Of a stretch of 64,000 bases of DNA, positions 56,948 to 64,000 are shown piece after piece. Origin of the DNA: Candidatus Peregrinibacteria bacterium (GTDB taxonomy: Bacteria; Patescibacteriota; Gracilibacteria; UBA1369); NCBI GenBank assembly GCA_963708185.1, contig OY970195.1, forward strand, positions 224,001-288,000, given 5' to 3'. How positions within the stretch are numbered: position 1 is the stretch's first letter; each line of letters opens with the position of its first letter. The translations under genes and the position numbers were made by a program. Below the pieces are notes generated by a model. That model saw nothing but the letters and a program-made list of their open reading frames with translations, did no database searches and was not told where the DNA came from.

Positions 56948-58786
56948 ATGAAAAAGCTTCTCGCTTATTTTTCAGGTGTGGCGATTCTGTTCACGACTTT
57001 CGTGAGCAGCAGTTTTGCCGCGCTTCCACCGGTGTATCTGAACTGTCATATCGTCCAGAGTTGCGCCGTTTACGTTGACGATGGGGCAGCTCCCGGAGGC
57101 GACGGTTCAAAATCCACCCCATTCCAAACCATTACCGATGCGGTCAGTTTCCTGACGAATCCGGCAAACGCCGACTTCACCACCGTTTATGTCGCAGGAG
57201 GAAACTACAGTTCAGAGTCATTGCCTTTGAGTCTCGACGGAAGTTCATATTCAAAAGGTTTTAACATCTACGGAAGTTATAATTCTTCTTTCAGCACCAG
57301 GGATTACGCTTCGACTCCGACCAATATCCAGGGGGGGAGCGTCAGCGGCGTTTTGAGTCTTAAATCAGTGGCCGGGAACGTGGACGGACTTAATATTTCA
57401 GGGACAAACGGTCCTGCGATTTCCGTTGATAACGAAGGAGCAACCACTTTGGCCGTGACTCTCAGCAACAACACCATCCACAACAACACCATGGACAGCA
57501 CCGTTGCCATGCCGATTCTCTTGAGCGGCTCCAATACCGCAACCGTGAGCAATAACGTTTTCTATAACAATGCCGTCACCAACGGGATCGTTTCCAACTT
57601 TAAAGGGAAGGTAAACGCTTATCTGAATCGTTATTACGGAAACAACGGAGGCAGTTTGAAGTGCAGTAACGGCGCGTTCGTCTATAACAACTATATTCTG
57701 GCCGATCAGGCGGATTATCTCGTTACGGCTGGTGGATCCTGTACCTTCGAAAACAACACGGTTGCCCGCAATGACATCAACGGAGGAACGAACCACGGGG
57801 TCGTCGTCATGCAAAATAACGCCAATACTGTTGCCAACAACGTCATCGCCTATAACGCAGGAGGCGATACCGTCGTCCATATCAGCGGGGACACGTCGCT
57901 TTTTGAGTATAACGCGTTGTTTTCCAACTCCAATGATCCGGCACTTGCCGATAACAATGTGAACTGCGATCCGCTCTTTTCTACGTCCGGGGGGACCGAT
58001 CCGGCAAACCACAAGCTCGGAGACGGTTCGACGTGTATCGATAAGGGCATGGACGTCGGCGGTATTTCCAAAGATTATTTTGGGAACAGCAGACCGCTTG
58101 ACGGTGACGGTGACGGCACGGCCCAGTACGATCCGGGTGCTTATGAAGCCCCGAAAGTCACTCCGCCTCCACCGGCTCCAAGCCCATCACCGAGTCCAAG
58201 TCCTTCACCAAGCCCGTCACCTTCGGCCTGCGCCGGCTTTAGTGACGTTCCGGCTTCCTACAGTGACTGTGATGCCATCACCTACGTGAAAAGCATCGGT
58301 GCCATGACCGGAAATCCGGATGGCACGTTTGCTCCAAACGGAGTACTTCAGCGTGACCAGGTTGCCAAAATCGTCCTGGAGACCTTCAATAAATACGTGG
58401 ACGGCACAAATTACTGCAATAGCTCCAATCCATTCCCGGATGTGACCTCCAGTGAATGGTCATTCCAGTATATCTGCCGCGGGAAAACCCTCGGTATCAT
58501 TACCGGATACCTTGGAGGCGCTGACGCCGGGTACTATCGTCCTGGACGTTCGGTGAATCGCGCCGAGTTCCTGGCTTTGCTGCTCCGCAATCTGAGTGAT
58601 ACGATGCCGGACATCAGCAGTTCGTCCTACATGGATGTTTCCGCGGGTCAGTGGTACAGCGGTTATGCAAAATATTCCTACGATAATTCGCTTTTCAGCG
58701 GGACGAATCTGTATCCGACCCAGGCGACGACAAGAGACGAAGTCGCTGTCGTCATCTACAAACTCCATAATCTGGGCAAAATCTAA
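56948..58786 (+). CDS. Secreted beta-helix (pectin-lyase-like) protein with (PS)n linker and C-terminal SLH domains
   Basis: Signal peptide, 'GDGSKSTPFQTITDA', N-rich beta-helix repeats, 'RPLDGDGDGTAQYDPGAYE', PSPSPS, 'GNPDGTFAPNGVLQRDQ'. Confidence 0.85.
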   Translation: MKKLLAYFSGVAILFTTFVSSSFAALPPVYLNCHIVQSCAVYVDDGAAPGGDGSKSTPFQTITDAVSFLTNPANADFTTVYVAGGNYSSESLPLSLDGSSYSKGFNIYGSYNSSFSTRDYASTPTNIQGGSVSGVLSLKSVAGNVDGLNISGTNGPAISVDNEGATTLAVTLSNNTIHNNTMDSTVAMPILLSGSNTATVSNNVFYNNAVTNGIVSNFKGKVNAYLNRYYGNNGGSLKCSNGAFVYNNYILADQADYLVTAGGSCTFENNTVARNDINGGTNHGVVVMQNNANTVANNVIAYNAGGDTVVHISGDTSLFEYNALFSNSNDPALADNNVNCDPLFSTSGGTDPANHKLGDGSTCIDKGMDVGGISKDYFGNSRPLDGDGDGTAQYDPGAYEAPKVTPPPPAPSPSPSPSPSPSPSPSACAGFSDVPASYSDCDAITYVKSIGAMTGNPDGTFAPNGVLQRDQVAKIVLETFNKYVDGTNYCNSSNPFPDVTSSEWSFQYICRGKTLGIITGYLGGADAGYYRPGRSVNRAEFLALLLRNLSDTMPDISSSSYMDVSAGQWYSGYAKYSYDNSLFSGTNLYPTQATTRDEVAVVIYKLHNLGKI

Positions 58787-58811
58787 ACGATTTTCAATAG
58801 GTATGTTTACA

Positions 58812-58848
58812 GAAAACCCCCGGCTCAATGTTGAACCGGGGGTTTTTC
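58812..58848. terminator. Bidirectional intrinsic terminator
   Basis: GAAAACCCCCGG-CTCAATGTTGAA-CCGGGGGTTTTTC between convergent genes. Confidence 0.8.
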
Positions 58849-58865
58849 AATCCGGGCAATTTCAT

Positions 58866-59848
58866 TCAGCGCACGCAGATTTCGGTGATGAGTTTTTCCA
58901 GAGCCAGCCGCAGTTCAGTATTGTCGCCGGAGGCCAGGCGGATTTTTCCGCTCTTCATGCCGGTATCAATGGCGAGGAGTTTGCCGTAGGTCGAGGTAAG
59001 AAGATCCGGCGTGAAATTTTTGCTTTGGCCCATCGCGGTCATGATGACAAAAGGATGTTCCTTGAGTTTCTGGTTGATGGCGTTTTTGTCCATGCGGCGT
59101 CCCAGGCAGTCCTTGACCTGGATGAGGATGCGGAAGTGGCGCACGATCATAAAGAGGCTTTTAACGATGTCTTCGCCGCTGCCGAGCAGTACGTCAAGCG
59201 TTTTCAATGCCGCTTTGGCGTTGCGTTGGCCCAGATAATCGGTCAGTTTGAAGATGGAGGTGGTAAGGTTGGGCTCGTCAGGTTTTCTACGGCTTCGGAG
59301 GGGATGGGTGTGCCGTTTGCGTAGAGGACGAGTTTGTCGATTTCCTGGGTCATCTGCCAGAGGTTGGGGCCGACGGTATCGGCGAGCTGTCTGGCTTCAC
59401 GCTGGCCGATGCTGCCATTGCGCTGTTGAACCTGTTCCTGGACCCACGTGCTCAGGTTCGGCCCCACGAGCGGTTCGAACTGCTGGATTGATGCGATCTT
59501 TTTAAGTTTTTTGAAAAGGGTCGTCCGGGCATCCGGTTTGTCCTGTTCCAAAAAGAGCACGAAACTGAAATCCGCGATGTCATCAAGTTTTTCGGCCACG
59601 GTTTTTTGGTCGGCCTCCTTGCCGTCGCGCAGGAAGTCGCGCACGAGGATGAATTTTTTCTCGCCGAGGAAGGGAACGGAGTCCACGGCTTCACGGAAAT
59701 CCGCGGCGGTCATGCTCTGGCCTTCCAGCGTGAGCACGTTGAAGTCGCCGTACTTTTTTTCAAACTCCTGGCGCCAGAAGCGGCTTTTGTTCCAGGCGGA
59801 CCAGGTGTCTTCGCCGTAAAAAAGATGGATGTTGGCTTTTGCTGGCAT
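58866..59848 (-). CDS. holA: DNA polymerase III delta subunit, split by a 1-nt frameshift near 59272
   Basis: 'HLFYGED', 'SVPFLGEKK', 'QEIDKLVLY'; one extra C restores 'SPNLTTSIFKLTDYLGQRN' into the 58866-59207 frame ('KEHPFV', 'DTGMKSG'). Confidence 0.9.
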
Positions 59849-59938
59849 GGGATTTGTTGAAACATTCCGGTGGAGGTTCCGGACCTCCAGGAACTTTACT
59901 GTAGCAGGAACTCTCACCTCCTGCCATATGTTTATAGA

Positions 59939-59968
59939 ACAAAAACCCCTCGTTGCCGAGGGGTTTTT
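59939..59968 (-). terminator. Terminator downstream of the giant surface-protein gene
   Basis: AAAAACCCCTCG-TTGC-CGAGGGGTTTTT. Confidence 0.8.
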
Positions 59969-60002
59969 ACAGACACATTTGGGGGGAGAGGCGAATCAGG
60001 GT

Positions 60003-63000
60003 CTACTGCGCGACCTGGTTTTCATTGAGTTGAAGCAGATCGGTCAGTCCCGGCGGAGTATTGAGGATGATGCGTTCGTCGAAGCGGATGACCACGGAAC
60101 CCTGGTTGGCGGACGGATCACCGGCGAATTTGCGATGGGTGAAGAGGTCCTGGATGTCTCCGTAGATGGATCCGTAGAAGGTGATGTTGGTGTAGGCATC
60201 GCCGCCGTTCAAGGAAAGCAGTTTTCCGGTTCCGGCTATGTCGCCCTGCTGGACGAAGATGACGCCGGAGACGTCGGTCACCCCCGGGTCGATCTTGACG
60301 TTGCCGTTCAAAACAATGAAGGCAAGAGAAGCGGTATCGCGGACGGTGCACGGTTCGTTCTTGTTGCAGTCGCCGTACTTGATGTTGTTTTTGATGATGA
60401 GATCGCCGTTTTCAACGATGAAGGTCTTGGCTCCCTGACCGTCGTGGAGGACAAGATCCGATCCGCTGCCGAGAGTGAGGTTGGCGTTGCTCAGGTGGTA
60501 GACGCCCGTGTTCGAAGCCGGGAGACTGTCGAAGGAATTAATGACATGGCTCCAGTTGTTGAGGTTCGGTTCCCAGCGGGATACGCGCGTTTTGTTTTCC
60601 TGGATCGTTGCGGAGATGTTGCTGGAGCTCCAGCTTTCACCCGGTCTGAGTTTGACTTCACAGATCTGGCTGGAAAGGTTCGGAGCGACGGTGTTGCCGT
60701 AGAGGGTTTCGTTGCCTGTTCCCTGGAGGTTCACGTTGAATCCGGTGTTGCAGATTTCATGGCCGATCGGAACGGTGAAGCCCTGACCGGTGCTCGGGAA
60801 GGTCTGTTCCGGTGGAGCACCCGGAGTCACGATAAGGCCGGTGCTGCTTTTGTATTGTGAACATTGTGAGATGTCTTTGCCGAAGTTGAGGTCGGTTTCC
60901 AGATAGATGTCGCCCGACGCGCGGGTCAGAATGTACTGGCAGAAGCTCTGGACGACGGCGCTTTGCTGAATGCTGCCGTTGTCGACCAGGTTGGCGTTCT
61001 GCAGGTCAGGGGAGTCGTATACCGAATAGTTGGAGTTGGCTGTGTTCGGATATTTTTCCTGACAGATTTCGCTGTTGTTGCCGAGACAGTTGGCGTCGTC
61101 AATCAGGCTTCCTTGGACTTTGCCGTGATAGGTGATGGTGATGAGCTGTGTTCCTACTCTGGTTAATGTAATAACCGGTAGTGAGGAACCGTTCGGGGCG
61201 TGATCGAGTGAGTAGCAGTTTGTTTTTACGCTACTTCCATCGCACTGCGCGACGCCCTGGATGTTGAAGGAGTCGTTGTAAACGATTTTTCCTCCGGTCT
61301 GGCTGGTGCTGCCGTTGACGTAGCCTTGGACGTAACCGCTGTTCATCGTATCGGTGAGAGTGGCGTCGGTGTTCGGTGCGGTTGCGGTGAAGGTCATGGT
61401 ATAAAGGACATCTTTGTTGTCGATGGTGCCGGTCTTGCCGTTGGCGTTGTTGCTCGGGACGAGGGTCAGTGGGTTGTTGACTCCTGATTTCACGCCGTAG
61501 CTTTTTTCCGGAGCCGCGGTTGCCTGGACCGTTTTGGTGAAGTGCGGCGGCTCGGAGGCGTCTTGTAGTTTGAGATGTCACAGCTGTTCGGTCCGTTGAC
61601 GTTGACGGTCGCTCCAAGTGGGACATGTTCGCAGGAATCGCCGTTGGTATAGACGTTGGTGCCGTTGATGGTCCAGTTGAACTGACCGTTGTAATTGTTG
61701 GCAGGTGATGGGTTCAAGCACAACTCGTTGGTGTTGATGTCGTAGCTTGGGCTCACGTTCTGGCAGACCGGTGGTTGAGGCTGGAACGGAATGTTACAGG
61801 AGTTCGGTGAACTGACGGCTTCCACCTTGGTAATGAAAAGACCGGAAGGAGGAGCGTAGCAAGTGCCGTTGGTCACGTTGGTTCCGTCGCTCAGGTACCA
61901 GCGGTAGGTGTCGCTGTAGGAACTTGGGTTCGGTTGGACGCAGTATCCTCCGTTGACGTATGGCGTGCTGGAAAGAGAGTTACACTGGCTGTTCTGTGGG
62001 GGATTGTTGTAGCTGATGTCTCTTCTACAAGCGTCTTTCGAACCCAGGTTTGGTGATGCTTCAATGTGGACTGATCCTTTTGTCCCTTGTACTGATGATG
62101 TTTGATAATAGTACTGACATGCTGCTGGCACTTGCATTGATCCTGGAGAGTACAGTGATGGACAAAGCGGAGTTCCGTTCGGCCATGGCCCAAAGGTGTT
62201 GTTTATCAATGCTCCGTTTCCGGTGAGTGTCCAAGTGACATTAGCCGGAGGAGGAGGATTCGTGTTTTGCGGATTTGCTGTTAAAAATTGCGATGCTCCT
62301 CCGCTGACTGTTGATCCAACGTAGTTCAGGTTCAGGTTGCTGCAGACGTTATTTTGCTGCTGTTGGGTCATATTGAATGACGCACTGCATCCTGATTGGG
62401 GTTCTTTTGTGGCCGGATTTATTGCCGTCACGGATACAACCGTTCCGTTGCCGCCGCCGGTATAGTTTTCTACATCTGACGGTTTGTCTGTGGTTGCCGG
62501 ATTTCCTGAAGCAACTCCATTGAAAGAGCCATCTGGCGTTGCGCTCCACAAATAGTCGAGATCAGTATTTACATTTTTACCCGGGGCAATAACACTTACA
62601 GTTAGTCCATTTGTTGAATCTCCAACGTTTAATGTGCTGCCTGATATGGGCGTACCGTTGCGGAGAATCTGCAGGTTGGTACAGACGTTGCCACCGGAGG
62701 GAGTAAAGGTTATTGTTTTTTGGCAAGTTGATGGGAATTCTTGGTTGTAATTGGCCTTGTTCACACCGGTAACCGTTACAGTTACTGGAGAAGTAATAGG
62801 TCCGGTTTTGGTCAGGTTTGTGTTTGTGTTGGTATCGTAATATGTTGACGAGTTTCCATCAAAATTAATGAGTCCAGGAATACTGGCTGTCCATTTATAA
62901 TCCAGTGCAAGGCCTCCCTTTGTGGTTGGAGTGACGGTGATGTTTTTAGGAAGATCAGTATCCTGGTAAGTTGTGGTTGATGGAGTAATCGTGAGGTTTG

Positions 63001-64000
63001 TACAGTCAGGAACCTCCGGTGGCGCTACGACATCGAGATAGCCGTCACATCCGCCGCCGACCACGGTGTTCGTTCCTTTCAGGACTGCTTTAACGGTAAT
63101 ATGCGTTCCCGCGCTGCCGCCTGTATAGTACGTTTGTACGTCGTTGGCGGGAGAGCCGTTATCGCTATCGCGGTCGGTATAGGGGTTTCCTTTGCTGGTC
63201 GAGTTTTTAAAGTCCTCAAACGTCCCAGGGTCAAGAATGGTGAAATTCTGGACCGGAGTTCCAAGATTTACGTTACTGGACGATTGAACGTTGCTTTGTA
63301 CGAGTGCCGCGAGCATATTGGCTTCCATGACCTGTGCCGATCCGTTGGACGTTGCTTCCCACTTATAGTCGAGATCCGGTGGTGTTCCTGCTCCGCTGAA
63401 ATTCGGAGTAACGGTAAATGTTGTATCAGTGTTTGCTTCAAGCGTATGAGCCGTTGCGTTGTATTTTGCCGTATCTGCGGTCACCGTGAGGCTTGTACAG
63501 ACGGCGGGAGGAGTGTTTGATTTTCTCCATACCACGGCTGTGGTACCGATGGGGAACCAGTGGTAGTTGGCTTTTGATCCCCCATACGGATAGTCCTTCT
63601 GGTAACTTGAAGGGACCTGGTTGTCGACGGAACACCAGTAGGTGTAATCGCCGGCGACACTACAGAATTTATTTTCGTTGAGTTTGCTCAGGTCTGTTGT
63701 TTTTTTGATGGCGAAATCACGGATCAAGACTCTGGATGTGGTGGTCGAGCTCCAGAGGTCGGCGGCGATGTTGGTTTTGGTCGGGAGCTGGACTTTACCG
63801 AAAAATTCCCGGTTGACGTCGAGGTTCGAGTTGAATCCGCCGCCGATAATCGGGTCCAGATCCGGATTTTTCCCGAAAATTCTCGGTTTGTCGCCGGGGG
63901 TGTCGATGCCGAATGTCCAAACGACGCCGCTGGCGCTTTTTGAAACGGTTGTACCTCCCCATAATCCCGGGACGTAGCCGTCACAATCGGCGATTGCCGC
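60003..64000 (-). CDS. Giant Cys/Asn/Thr-rich protein, probably exported (more than 1300 aa, 5' end outside the window), with a 1-nt frameshift near 61554
   Basis: The frame of ORF 63727-61490 stays open to the window edge. The 61493-60003 frame extends upstream as 'EPPHFTKTVQATAAPEKSYG'. Repeated 'C[TS]NL.I' modules; C-terminal 'TFIVENGDLIIKNNI..IVLNGNVKID..VSGVI' domain. Confidence 0.8.

Noticed and set aside
58160-58225. Short tandem repeats as a possible CRISPR array or VNTR
   Set aside because: They encode a (PS)n protein linker with varied codons; no repeat-spacer array or cas genes were seen anywhere in the window.
1-64000. Alternative genetic code (TGA=Gly, code 25)
   Set aside because: Conserved genes are full length under code 11, and several end at TGA at the expected C-terminus. 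The split genes are frameshifts, not TGA read-through.

Overview
A 64-kb stretch of bacterial core chromosome that uses the standard genetic code (TGA acts as a stop). AT-rich leaders without Shine-Dalgarno sites, SLH and lamin-tail surface proteins, scattered housekeeping genes and an intron-split tRNA suggest Patescibacteria/CPR, possibly Peregrinibacteria-like; this assignment is inference. Recognisable genes are ssb, gmk, a Zn/Mn ABC operon, a MerR/TipA regulator, dsbA-ccdA, rny, groES-groEL with tandem CIRCE, pyrH-frr-rseP, dnaA, mltG, ybaB, rplY, hppA, rel, recO, ftsX, gatCA and holA, plus tRNA-Gln(CTG) and a probable 6S RNA upstream of rny. Five features stand out. (1) An unannotated, approximately 550-nt, highly structured minus-strand transcription unit between ssb and gmk, with its own sigma70 promoter, a boxA-like site, hairpins joined by A/C-rich single-stranded linkers, and a terminator; it is a candidate novel large ncRNA. 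(2) tRNA-Asn(GTT) split inside the anticodon by a 511-nt group I intron whose P1 loop encodes an HNH endonuclease overlapping the ribozyme core. (3) An RNase Y that has lost several conserved HD-domain metal ligands. (4) A 585-aa orphan with a C-terminal HicA-like domain next to the tRNA. (5) A giant, mosaic Cys-rich protein, probably exported, that runs off the right edge. Four genes, including the essential holA, carry single-base frameshifts that are most likely sequencing errors.
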